From Candidatus Oxydemutatoraceae bacterium (lineage in GTDB: Bacteria > Pseudomonadota > Gammaproteobacteria > Poriferisulfidales > Oxydemutatoraceae): a stretch of DNA of 64,000 bases. The notes below the pieces were generated by a model. It was not told where the DNA came from, did not search any database, and saw only the letters and a program-made list of their open reading frames with translations. Each line of letters starts with the position of its first letter. Within the stretch, counting starts at the first letter, position 1. Both the position numbers and the translations under genes were made by a program. Where the stretch lies: the NCBI GenBank assembly GCA_965212025.1, contig OZ243039.1:879216-943215 (forward strand), in the 5' to 3' direction. Below, in pieces: positions 30,001-38,918 of the stretch.

Positions 30001-33000
30001 GCCGGAGCCATAAGCAACACACGCAGCGAGAACGCCTGCGCCGATGCCCGAACGGCTGCCAATTTACCTGGGGACTCCAGCAGCTCGATCGCAACCGCCG
30101 TTGCTTCACTCATGCCATGACGGTTATATCCACGTACGCTGACCTGCAGGGAGTTACCGCCCCCATATTTGGAACGGAGGCTTTGCAACACGTGCCCGCC
30201 GAGCGTAAAAAACGTGGACTCTGTTTCCAGGGAATACCCTGCCACCTCCACCCAATAGCCGGCGTTCAGGCTTCCTGTTTTCGCGGCTGTCCAACTCAAT
30301 TCCAGCTCATCTTCCAGGTTCCATTTCGCCTGCAGGCGGGAAGGGGAAGCTGGTGGCACCGGTTGCAGGGCGCGATGGACCGGAAGCGTCTGCCCGTCTC
30401 CGAAATACCAGACTTGGGTGCTCCAGCCGGAGTAACTGGCCGCTCCCTGGCACGTGTCTCCCGGCGAAAGGGGACACTGCAATTGCGCCAGCGTGCGGGA
30501 AAAACTGCTTCCTGCGGCGGCGGCGTCCCCGCTGCCCACGGGTTCCAGTGCGTTGCTGTCGGCACTCGGTTCCAGGGCGTAATTCGCAGCCATGCCGGTG
30601 CCAGTAGAGCGCCCCACCAGTGTGCCCACCTGATCATTCCCACTGACCAGGCCAGTCGCATAACTGTCCAAAATCCTGCTGTTATTGTTGGTGCCGAGTT
30701 CACTGTTTCCCACCAGTCCGCCTACCCGCTCATTTCCGCTGACCGGCCCGGTTGCGTAGCTTTCCCCGAGCCAGGACACATTGCGCCCCACCAGGCCACC
30801 CACAGCTCTTTCCCCGTTGACCGTTCCCGCCGAATAAGATCCGCCTATGAGACCAGAGCTATAACCTGCCAACCCGCCTACCTGCCCACTTCCGGTGACA
30901 GATCCGGTCGCGTGGCTACTGAGGATTGACCCAAAGCTTTCTCCTACCAGCCCTCCCACACCTCCTTTCCCGTTGACTGTTCCTGCCGAATAAGATCCGC
31001 TTATAAAGCCACGGTTAGAACCCGCCAGCCCGCCCACAGAATAATGCCCGTTTACTGCTGACTGCGCGTAACTGTGAAAGAGCGTAGCCCAATTGAGCCC
31101 CACCAGCCCACCAACATGTTCTACCCCGCTCACACTTCCTCTCGCGTGGGAACTGCGAATCCTCGCGCCCGTGAAGTTACTGCCCACCAATCCGCCTGTC
31201 ATAATGCTGCGACCCCAGGCACTAACGGTAGACTCCGAATAGCTGAGCTCAATCAACCCACGGTTCTCACCTGCCATTCCTCCCACACGATTCCGCCCGA
31301 CTGTCAACCCCGTCACCGTGCTGCCCTTGATGCTTCCATTCGCCTCAACGCGTCCTGCCAGAGCCCCTACTGCATCTCTGCCCCGCACCGTGACATCCAC
31401 CAGCGCCAGGTTTTGCAGGGAACCGCCGCTGAGCCTCCCGAACAGCCCGACATAGTCTACTGGCCCGGGATTGATCATGAGATTCAGAACGCTGTGGCCA
31501 CTCCCGTCCAGAGAGCCGGAAAAATATTCAATCGGAGGAAATCCCTTCCCGTCCCGCCAACCGTGGCTTTGCCTCGCGTCTATATCGTTTGCCAGCCGAT
31601 AATGCGCTGCCGTGTCATAACGTATTTCCTGCAGCTGGCAAAGTGTGCCGACCTGCCATGGATCATCCTCGCTGCCGGAGCCTGCTGCCGTTACCACCGC
31701 TGCCCATGGACATGCCTCAACGTAGGTGAAAAGCAGCACTTCCACCGTTGGGGTTGCGCCCGCTTTGTTTTTGGCAAATACCTTGACTTCGTACCTGGAA
31801 CTATCTTCCAGACCTGAAAATTCCACTACGGTCGAATTTGACCATCCCTGTTGTGTTACGCGCCGCTCTTCCTTCAACCGACCTTTTGAAAACAGCCGCA
31901 CGTGGTATGCCAGATCCAGGGCAATTCCGCCTGCCGGTTTCCCGTACATGCTGCTGCCCGGGGCACGTCCGTAGCCGTCACCGGCAGCCACGACAATGGT
32001 GACCCGTACCGTCGACAGCCCTGAAGCTGTCTGGATTTCCACCGCCCCCGGAACGTTCATTAAATGGAAACTCCCCGACGCTGCATCTCCCGCAACGCCT
32101 CCTCTGCTGCCGCGTATGGAATAATGGATTTCACTGCCGCCTGCGTAACGCCCACGCAATTCAGCCATCAATGCACTGCCAAACGTAAAACGGGATGCCC
32201 TGGCATCCCGAATGATTCCGTCCACCTCCACCTCAAAGAAATTAACGGCAGCTCCCCGATGCTCCCACCGCAGTGCCCATCTACCCTTCCAATTCCAGCC
32301 TGCCCGGACTGCAAGTGGTGCAGCGGGAACATCCGTAATTGCCCGGAGCACAGGCAGCGTGCGGGAGTGCCCGAAATGCCAAATTCGTGTATCCCAATCC
32401 AGATATACGCCAGCTGCCAGGCAAAGGTTGACGGGTTCTATCGAACACTTCATTTGCTCCACGGTGCGTAAGTCACTGTCCTGTACTGTGCTGTCATTCC
32501 TGCCCACGAGGCTATCCCCGTTGCCAAGCCTGCTGGCATAACTGCGGGCTATCGTGCCACTGTTGACTCCGACCAGCCGGCCTGTCAAAACAGCTCCGCC
32601 TACAGCACCGGTGCTATAGGCGCTTCTGACCGAACCGCTGTTTACCCCCGTCAGTCCGCCTGTCTGACTGTCTCCGGTGACTCTGCCTTGTGCATGGCTA
32701 TCACTGATGATTCCTTTGTTTTCACCGACCAGACCGCCGACTTGCTTCTTTCCACGTACTTCCCGGTATGCATAGCTATTCACGATGCTGGCGTTGCCTT
32801 CGCTCACACCCACCAAGCCCCCAATCCCGGAGGCTGTTCCGACAACCTCAGTATCCGAGTGGCTGCCACTGATGATGCCGCCAAGGTGCCAACCAACCAG
32901 GCCGCCGACTTGACTGTCTCCGGTCACTCTGCCTTGTTGTGCATGGCTACCACTGATGCTTCCTTTGTTTTCGCCAACCAGGCCGCCGACTTGACTGCCT

Positions 33001-35759
33001 CCGGTCACTCCGCCTTGTGCATGGCTGTCACTGATGGTTCCTTTGTTTTCGCCGACCAGACCGCCGACTTGACTGGGTCCGGTCACTCTGCCTTGTGCAT
33101 GGCTATTCACGATGCTGGCGTTGCCTTCGTTCACACCCACCAAACCCCCAACCCCGGTGGCTGTTCCGACAACCTGGTTATGCGCGTAGCTGCCACTGAT
33201 GGTGCCGTCAAGGTGCCGACCCACCAGACCGCCGACTTGACCGGATCCGGTCACTCTGCCTTGTGCATGGCTGTCACTGATGGTTCCTTTGTTTTCGCCG
33301 ACCAGACCGCCGACTTGACTGGGTCCGGTCACTCTGCCTTGTGCATGGCTATTCACGATGCTGGCGTTGCCTTCGCTCACACCCACCAAACCCCCAACCC
33401 CGGAGGCTGTTCCGACAACCTGGTTACGCGCGTAGCTATCACTGATGGTGCCGCCGCCAAGATGCCAACCCACCAGACCGCCTACGTAGCCTCCTGTGGC
33501 GTGAGTCCCGGTCACATCTCCAGTCGCGCGGCTGGAAGTGACCGAACCCATGTTTTTGCCCACCAGACCCCCAACTTGATTGCCTCCTGTTACTGTCCCC
33601 AACGCGCGACTGTCTTCAATCGTGCCACCGTCGTTCTGACCCACCAGCCCGCCGACAACGAATGCATCGCGGGAGTTCTCCCCAACATTTACCGTCGCCG
33701 TGCTGTTGCGAATGACACCGCCCTGATTCAGGCCAACCAGTCCACCGATGGTTCTGTACCCGTCAACCTTGCCATCAACTTCGCTGTCCTCAATCGTCCC
33801 CTGAACGTTCAGCCCAACCAGAGAACCGACATTCACCCCTTTTTTCGTCAAAAAATTCACCAGCTTCACGCGCCTTAGAAGGCCGTCCTGCAGCTTGCCA
33901 AACAGCCCGACATTCTCGAATTCTCCGCCCGCCACGCCAATCTTCAAATTGGAAATCTGGTAACCGTTGCCATCAAAAGTACCAGAAAAATCCTTGATTG
34001 GTGTAAAACCGTTTTCCCAGCCATGCGTCACAAACGCTTCTATATCTTTGATCTGGACATAGTGTGATTGGGGCGATGCCCCCATGTCTCGTAAATGGCA
34101 TAGGTTTTCTACCTGATAGGGATCACTTTCAGTCCCGGAACCTGCCATGGCTTGCGAATTCACAGGGCACGCGACCTCAGGATCCATATAGGGAAATTGG
34201 CTGCCATGAAAATAGGCATCCCCGTAGTTCAGTGCACTGAAGACCCTTGGATTTTTATAGATATTGCCCATCCCGGCAAAGAAGCCATTGCACTTGTTAA
34301 AAGAGACATAGACGCCCACCACGGATGACGTGTTCTCATAAAATGCCGGCGATCCGGAGCCTCCAAATTCAACACGGTAGCCCGTAAAAGGAGTCAAAAA
34401 CCGCCTTGCACAAACGACTCCTGAGCAAACAGCTGATTTCGGCGTATCCGGATCCAAAGTGAATGTAAACGCGTTTCTGAATGGGGAATATTGCTGCGCC
34501 AGCAAATACGAGTGGTGCAATGCGTAGCCATCGAAGACCTCTGGGCTATGCGCCTTCCAGTCCAGTAGCTCGTAATTCCCCCAGCCACTGAACTGTCCTA
34601 CGATGCGCACCAGCCCCCAGTCATTTGCAGCACTCCCTGCTATAAATCTTGAGCCACCCGCCCGTGCCCGTCCCGCTGCTTCGCTTTTAAGTACAACGCT
34701 GAAATCGCTATTGATATAAGGCTTGTTTTCAGCATTGGGGTCATCCACATCTGCCGCGAAAAGATGCCAGACAGACAGGGCGTAGAGCGCACCGTCCCCT
34801 GACTTGTTTTTCAGCAAACTCCCGGTACCGCACCCTGCCCCCTGTTCGCCATACGCGCAGATGAGCACAGTGCCCAGGGAAGCCCTGCGCACGTGCGCAG
34901 GCATGTCGCTGTTCACAAAATCGGCAGTGTTTTCCGTTTTGTCGTGATACTGGCATTCTCCAGACCGCGCCTGGAATTTTTGCAGTTGTGTGCCTGGCAA
35001 CTCGCCGTTCCTGTCTTTGAAAGTGTGATTGACTTTTTCTACGGCGAACGGAAATGCATCGGGTTCCAGGCGGGACGCTGTGGGAGTCCTGAACTCCACC
35101 ACTATGGCGTCTCCTGACATCGGATATGACCAGAATCCGTCTCTGTTTCCGTCTCTGTTTCCGGCTCGACCCTCGCCGGTATATTCCTCAACAGGGTCTT
35201 GTTCGTCAGTTAGGCTGTACAGCTTCACCGCCATGCCTGGATCCAGATGAAAATTCCTGAGGTACACCCCCAGACTGACGGCTGCAGGGGAATGAATATG
35301 CGCCTGCCAGACATCAAAACCATCTTCCTGTTTGACCAGCGCCCAGTTGGCGCGCCGCAAACGGACTTCCCGATAGATACCGGTGTAGTTGACTGTGCTC
35401 ACGTTGAGCAGCTCCAGGATTTTGTCTTCTTCCTGCGTGCTGAAAGCTCCCAGATCCAGTCGTTGCGCTCTGGTGGGGTACACGCTCCGGGCGGCCTCGC
35501 GCGCGTGACGCACTTCCGGCAGGGGGCTGGCCGAGAAGCTTTGATCTACCAGAGATTCCTGACCCTGGCCAAAAACGGGCACGTTTGACGTGATGATGAA
35601 TACACCCACGATCAACCACTTCCGCCAGCCATGGCTGGCGGAACTCTGCGTATCCAGAGATCTGAAACCTGCTTTTTTCATCGTGAATGGCTTATGGGCC
35701 ATGCGAACCGAGAAAGGAGAGTGTAACCCACCTACAACATAAAATTCCTGCCACAACAT
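27030..35759 (-). CDS. Giant secreted modular protein: N-terminal trypsin-like serine peptidase domain followed by four modules of GGLVG (GLUG-like) beta-repeats, a Cys-linker and an Fn3-like domain
   Basis: The ORF is 2909 aa, and with the downstream fragment totals about 3,400 aa. The N-terminus has a long basic region and a hydrophobic core (MKKAGFRSLDTQSSASHGWRKWLIVGVFIITSNVPVFG|QG). A GGSGSP motif (coding nt ~34350-34370) and a VWH segment resemble the PA-clan serine protease catalytic Ser and His contexts. A module entry motif recurs four times (DPYQVENLCHLRD..., DPWQVGTLCQLQEI..., DPWQIATLCQLQDI..., NPWQIATLCQLQDV...). Dozens of VGGLVGxN repeats follow, and each module has a conserved linker of the form TLxQLxCPxxxGxxCxGAxxYxGWxxxVWxFGxxxxLPVLRA. 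The likely true start is 35702 or 35681. Confidence 0.75.
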   Translation of the reverse strand: MLWQEFYVVGGLHSPFSVRMAHKPFTMKKAGFRSLDTQSSASHGWRKWLIVGVFIITSNVPVFGQGQESLVDQSFSASPLPEVRHAREAARSVYPTRAQRLDLGAFSTQEEDKILELLNVSTVNYTGIYREVRLRRANWALVKQEDGFDVWQAHIHSPAAVSLGVYLRNFHLDPGMAVKLYSLTDEQDPVEEYTGEGRAGNRDGNRDGFWSYPMSGDAIVVEFRTPTASRLEPDAFPFAVEKVNHTFKDRNGELPGTQLQKFQARSGECQYHDKTENTADFVNSDMPAHVRRASLGTVLICAYGEQGAGCGTGSLLKNKSGDGALYALSVWHLFAADVDDPNAENKPYINSDFSVVLKSEAAGRARAGGSRFIAGSAANDWGLVRIVGQFSGWGNYELLDWKAHSPEVFDGYALHHSYLLAQQYSPFRNAFTFTLDPDTPKSAVCSGVVCARRFLTPFTGYRVEFGGSGSPAFYENTSSVVGVYVSFNKCNGFFAGMGNIYKNPRVFSALNYGDAYFHGSQFPYMDPEVACPVNSQAMAGSGTESDPYQVENLCHLRDMGASPQSHYVQIKDIEAFVTHGWENGFTPIKDFSGTFDGNGYQISNLKIGVAGGEFENVGLFGKLQDGLLRRVKLVNFLTKKGVNVGSLVGLNVQGTIEDSEVDGKVDGYRTIGGLVGLNQGGVIRNSTATVNVGENSRDAFVVGGLVGQNDGGTIEDSRALGTVTGGNQVGGLVGKNMGSVTSSRATGDVTGTHATGGYVGGLVGWHLGGGTISDSYARNQVVGTASGVGGLVGVSEGNASIVNSHAQGRVTGPSQVGGLVGENKGTISDSHAQGRVTGSGQVGGLVGRHLDGTISGSYAHNQVVGTATGVGGLVGVNEGNASIVNSHAQGRVTGPSQVGGLVGENKGTISDSHAQGGVTGGSQVGGLVGENKGSISGSHAQQGRVTGDSQVGGLVGWHLGGIISGSHSDTEVVGTASGIGGLVGVSEGNASIVNSYAYREVRGKKQVGGLVGENKGIISDSHAQGRVTGDSQTGGLTGVNSGSVRSAYSTGAVGGAVLTGRLVGVNSGTIARSYASRLGNGDSLVGRNDSTVQDSDLRTVEQMKCSIEPVNLCLAAGVYLDWDTRIWHFGHSRTLPVLRAITDVPAAPLAVRAGWNWKGRWALRWEHRGAAVNFFEVEVDGIIRDARASRFTFGSALMAELRGRYAGGSEIHYSIRGSRGGVAGDAASGSFHLMNVPGAVEIQTASGLSTVRVTIVVAAGDGYGRAPGSSMYGKPAGGIALDLAYHVRLFSKGRLKEERRVTQQGWSNSTVVEFSGLEDSSRYEVKVFAKNKAGATPTVEVLLFTYVEACPWAAVVTAAGSGSEDDPWQVGTLCQLQEIRYDTAAHYRLANDIDARQSHGWRDGKGFPPIEYFSGSLDGSGHSVLNLMINPGPVDYVGLFGRLSGGSLQNLALVDVTVRGRDAVGALAGRVEANGSIKGSTVTGLTVGRNRVGGMAGENRGLIELSYSESTVSAWGRSIMTGGLVGSNFTGARIRSSHARGSVSGVEHVGGLVGLNWATLFHSYAQSAVNGHYSVGGLAGSNRGFISGSYSAGTVNGKGGVGGLVGESFGSILSSHATGSVTGSGQVGGLAGYSSGLIGGSYSAGTVNGERAVGGLVGRNVSWLGESYATGPVSGNERVGGLVGNSELGTNNNSRILDSYATGLVSGNDQVGTLVGRSTGTGMAANYALEPSADSNALEPVGSGDAAAAGSSFSRTLAQLQCPLSPGDTCQGAASYSGWSTQVWYFGDGQTLPVHRALQPVPPASPSRLQAKWNLEDELELSWTAAKTGSLNAGYWVEVAGYSLETESTFFTLGGHVLQSLRSKYGGGNSLQVSVRGYNRHGMSEATAVAIELLESPGKLAAVRASAQAFSLRVLLMAPADDGYGQSPEDPAYGYAGAGVSVGLGYRVRLYAGGEPVQERERTHTDGETSAAVEFSGLAGDSRYEVVATPYNRIGEGPSFSLPVFTRPWQCDGEALASASGPDSEGSEDDPWQIATLCQLQDIRSAPAAHYWLAGDIEAGPSRNWRAGEGFAPITGFSGSLDGAGYRIFHLRVRSGILEDVGMFAQLQDGLLQQVVLVNAQLWGSVNVGALVGRNVGGRVVNSGATGSLFGGQVAGGLVGINAGVIRGSAARLTMEPGSQVAGGLVGKNLTGGSIATSHAGGLVSGTALAGGLVADNQGSVTDSYTTASVIGKGLVAGLVANNQGTVSRSYAAGSVSGVGQPGSFAGNSPGSIVDSHAAGLTRVNAGIVPFVADDTVQGSVSLRTLQQLRCPTAPGLACAGRSTYLGWSAEVWSFGDHNALPVLRGFETPGKPLRLQAQWKSPSVLLLRWERPLDGRERIGHRVESGALSGETLSDYFMAEPDWLQKLRADHEGGSTPLLTVRGYNLYGVGEAARVSVRLLDVPGSPADVRVVPGISTLRLSFAPPSNDGYGRRPGDAGYAAPAEGVALRLAYRIRLYASGELVQERDVAPVDPLSPVTVEFAELVGAFEYRLEAFAHNTVGTGSPSTIRTVTRFPECAGKGLKGAPGDGSSDNPWQIATLCQLQDVRSDLQAHYVLAADIDAGPSREWQGGAGFHPIENFSGTFDGAGRQISALYIDRPQTDEVGLFSRLAEDGTVKGVVLVDARVRGKNRVGALVGFNGGTVMNSVVKSAQVFSTVGTGVGGLVGSNGGLLVNSGASAVVDGGRYVGGLVGYVKGKGRVVGSTVRASQVRGIESAGGLIGRIRGGTILHSSADAAVIVSGEGRDYAGGLVGYSHGSTILHCYATGSATAEEGDHVGGLVGFSNSTIAYSYADVSVSGDERVGGLVGFNAGSVHAGYALGTVQGRSYTGGLVGTNVHRIQDSYAVNPVVGESGSIGSLVGHSESGRCD
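32680..33480. repeat. Intragenic near-identical tandem DNA repeats (246 bp, 82 codons, about 3 copies) inside the giant gene
   Basis: The unit starting CCGGTCACTC(C/T)GCCTTGTGCATGGCTGTCACTGATGG recurs at 33001 and 33247 with over 95% identity, and a more diverged copy lies upstream. The units encode GGLVG repeat blocks. Confidence 0.8.
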
Positions 35760-36439
35760 TCGCTATCTGTTTTCCTGGCTGACGTTCTGAGCGACCCCCT
35801 GACTCTGACCTTCACCTACTTTGACCTTATGTCTCAGCATGGCTGAACGCGCCGGAGAATCACTTAGTGGGTCAGTTGTACAAAATAGCGCCCAACCTGG
35901 CTGCCATGAGAAGATGCCGACCTCATCCGACCGGGAAACCCCGGAAACAGTGTGCCAAAGCGTGCAGTCTTAGTTTGTGGGCTTTTTGGTCTCCAGGGAG
36001 GTGGGCTGGTGGCAATAGTCGGTACTGCGATTTCTTGTTTTTAAGCGGGAAGGCGCGAAAATCGCGGTTAAGAATAAAGGGCAGAGGTTCCCGGCTTACC
36101 ACCAAAGTGGAGAGGCACCGGAAAAGCAATTTGGCAATAAGGCTTCATCACCGTCTGGTGGCTTGCCACCAAACCCTTTGGGTGCGTTGCATTACTCTGA
36201 CCCAGCCCCCTCTCTGTTAAATTGAGAATTTTGCCATCACACCAAGAAACACATAAACGCTAGCCCCCATGCCATGTCTGACCCTCTTTTGAGTCGGTGA
36301 ATGTGGTGCCCAAAACAGGAAAGAGAATCCATTTTCTGACCACCTGATGACCCCACCTTTTCAGGATCAAGGGTTCTGATTGTTTTCGCCAGAAAACAGA
36401 TTTCTGTTTTACTTCCTTGGGTGTTAGAGTCATGTTTCA

Positions 36440-37888
36440 ATGTCGTCCTTGAATCCAAAAAATAAAGCCACCAACGAGGCTCTTGCGTCATTGTTGGCCG
36501 TGTCCCACCTGGACGGACGCTACGTCTCACAAACGCGGGAACTCAGGCAGTTTTTCAGTGAATACGGCTTGATTGCGCACCGGGTTCGGGTAGAAGTCGA
36601 ATGGCTTGTTCTCCTGTGTCGTGAAGGCATTTTCTCCTGCGCTACCGGCGTGCGCGAGGCTGAGGCATGGCTACGGGACTTGGCCGCCAACTTCGATGAG
36701 CAAGACGCTCTGGAAGTCAAGGCGATTGAATCCCGCACCAACCACGACGTTAAGGCGGTCGAGTATTTTTTGCTAAACAGGCTTACGGAGAAGGAGGGTC
36801 TGCTTGCGTTAAAGCCTGCGGTTCATTTTGGGTGTACGTCCTGGGATATCACCAACGTCGCTTACGCGCTGATTCTGAAAACGTTTCGTGAAGATCTTCT
36901 TTTGCCAAAGTTGGAGAAAATATCCGAGGCGCTCCTGTCCCTTGCCGAGCGTTACGCTGATCTGCCGATGCTGGCAAGAACCCATGCGCAGCCCGCCTCA
37001 CCAACTACTCTTGGTAAAGAGTTCGCCAATTTTGCCTACCGCCTGCACCATCGAAGCGAGCGCATTGCGCAGCATCGATTCACTGCAAAAATGAATGGTG
37101 CCGTTGGCAACTACAACGCGCATTTTGCGGCGTGCCCGGATGTGGGCTGGGAGCGACTGAGTGAAAAGTTTTTGCAATCCTTGGGGCTGGTTGTCAATCC
37201 TTATACAACCCAAGTTGAACCGTATGACAACTTCGCAGATTTTTTTGACGCCTGGGCGCGGCTGAATACCGTTTTAATTGACCTTGTCCGTGACATTTGG
37301 GGCTGGTTTGCGTTGAATTATTTTCGCCAGGAAGCAGCTTCTCTGGAAGAAGTTGGTTCGTCTACCATGCCTCATAAAGTGAACCCGATAGAATTTGAAA
37401 ACGCGGAAGGGAACCTTGGGAGTGCCAATGCCTTGGCGCAGCACTTTTCCAATAAGCTGCCGATTTCCCGCTGGCAAAGGGACTTGTCGGACTCCACTGT
37501 TTTGCGCCAGCTGGGGTTTGTGTCTGGCAATAGTTTGATTGCGTACAATTCCTTGCTGAAAGGTTTGGGAAAGCTGCGGGTGAATTCGCAACTCCTGGGC
37601 ACAGAGCTGTCTGAGCATCCGGAAGTGCTCGCCGAGGCAGTACAGTCCGTGCTGCGCTTTCACGGGGTGAGCGACGCTTATGAAAAACTGAAAGCCTTGA
37701 CCCGCGGCAAGAAGGTTTCTTTGCGGGACTTGCGCGGTTTTATTCGCGCAAGTTCACTGCCAGAGGATGAGAAAACCCGCCTGATCAATATGACCCCGGC
37801 TGACTACACGGGTATTGCGGTAAAGCTGGCGCGCAAAGTGAGGGCTACAATCACGCGCGAAAGCCAAGACTGCAGAAGGACTGAATAG
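36440..37888 (+). CDS. purB: Adenylosuccinate lyase
   Basis: SSTMPHKVNPIEFENAEGNLG is the fumarate-lyase signature. The N-terminus (LDGRYVSQTRELRQFFSEYG) matches PurB. Confidence 0.9.
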   Translation: MSSLNPKNKATNEALASLLAVSHLDGRYVSQTRELRQFFSEYGLIAHRVRVEVEWLVLLCREGIFSCATGVREAEAWLRDLAANFDEQDALEVKAIESRTNHDVKAVEYFLLNRLTEKEGLLALKPAVHFGCTSWDITNVAYALILKTFREDLLLPKLEKISEALLSLAERYADLPMLARTHAQPASPTTLGKEFANFAYRLHHRSERIAQHRFTAKMNGAVGNYNAHFAACPDVGWERLSEKFLQSLGLVVNPYTTQVEPYDNFADFFDAWARLNTVLIDLVRDIWGWFALNYFRQEAASLEEVGSSTMPHKVNPIEFENAEGNLGSANALAQHFSNKLPISRWQRDLSDSTVLRQLGFVSGNSLIAYNSLLKGLGKLRVNSQLLGTELSEHPEVLAEAVQSVLRFHGVSDAYEKLKALTRGKKVSLRDLRGFIRASSLPEDEKTRLINMTPADYTGIAVKLARKVRATITRESQDCRRTE

Positions 37889-37910
37889 GGGCGATGAACT
37901 TCTGTTTTTA

Positions 37911-38918
37911 TTATTCGACTAACATATAGTCCCCTTCTTTTTTTCTCAAGTCTGCATAAATTTTGTCTGTGACCCGGTAGAGCCAGGGTCGCAGTTTTTT
38001 GTCCCGGATTTTGGCTTCGAGTCGGTTTTCTGCGTCTGCCGTGGCGAGTGCGGTGGAACTGATGGCAAACCAAGGCTGCGAATTTTCCATGTAAGCGTCT
38101 ATTGTGACAACCTGCCCATTGAAGGTTTCGTACACCGCCCTGACAGTGTTACGGGGCAAATCCCTCACCGTACTTTCCCGGCTTTTCACATCCAGAAAAT
38201 TTAAGGGATCCACCAGATAGCTGATTTCATTCAGGGCATTTTCATTGACGGTGGTTTCCGATGGCAGGGAGACAATGCTTAGACTCCCAAGGGCTTGTTC
38301 GCGCTGAATGAACAGGGGACGCACATGGTTATCACCGGTAATTTTTATTTCTCTGATATCTCCGGCGAGCAGGCTTAGAACCAGATTATCGACCCAGTCC
38401 AGCGCTTTCTCCGGTACTTTCAGCGACCGGTTTATCAGCCAGACTACATCTTGCCCGTAAATCCTGACGAAACGCGCATCGTCCATTTTTCTGCTGGTCT
38501 TGCCTATGATCAACTGCCATTGATCCTCTCCGTACATGCTGAAGAGAGTATTTTTTGCACCCGGATCCTGCGGGTCTTTAACCCCCAGTTCTCCGTAAAA
38601 CCTGCTGTCATCTGTTTTTCGTTCAATGATTTTTGCTTCCAGAATCTCTTGCAGAAGTTTCCTGATTTTGTTGGTGTCCGCAGGATAGCCAGCCAGTTCC
38701 GAAACTTCCCATCCGCGTTCAAAAGAACGCTTGATTTCGGTCTTTTCACCTTCTCTCTGTATGACGATCTTCGTCAAACTGTTCAGACTTATGAGTGAGA
38801 AATTGGCAAAAAGCGGATCCTCGCCAGTGGCGTAGATCTCTTCTTTTTCTGCCCGGAAAAAGAAGATTGCCATAACGGTCAGGACGATGCCGAGTATCAG
38901 CAACAGAATGTTTCTCAT
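37911..38918 (-). CDS. DUF4340-like protein, last gene of the GldG-type ABC operon
   Basis: It has an N-terminal TM segment (MRNILLLILGIVLTVMAIFFF) and is a ~335-aa periplasmic-type protein. Its start overlaps the GldG-like gene stop by 4 nt. Confidence 0.45.
   Translation of the reverse strand: MRNILLLILGIVLTVMAIFFFRAEKEEIYATGEDPLFANFSLISLNSLTKIVIQREGEKTEIKRSFERGWEVSELAGYPADTNKIRKLLQEILEAKIIERKTDDSRFYGELGVKDPQDPGAKNTLFSMYGEDQWQLIIGKTSRKMDDARFVRIYGQDVVWLINRSLKVPEKALDWVDNLVLSLLAGDIREIKITGDNHVRPLFIQREQALGSLSIVSLPSETTVNENALNEISYLVDPLNFLDVKSRESTVRDLPRNTVRAVYETFNGQVVTIDAYMENSQPWFAISSTALATADAENRLEAKIRDKKLRPWLYRVTDKIYADLRKKEGDYMLVE

Noticed and set aside
27054-33878. Long antisense (+ strand) ORFs inside the giant gene (27054..27896, 30117..30929, 31074..31817, 32688..33878 and others)
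   Set aside because: They are antisense to a strongly supported coding frame in GC-rich repetitive DNA, and their products are low-complexity.
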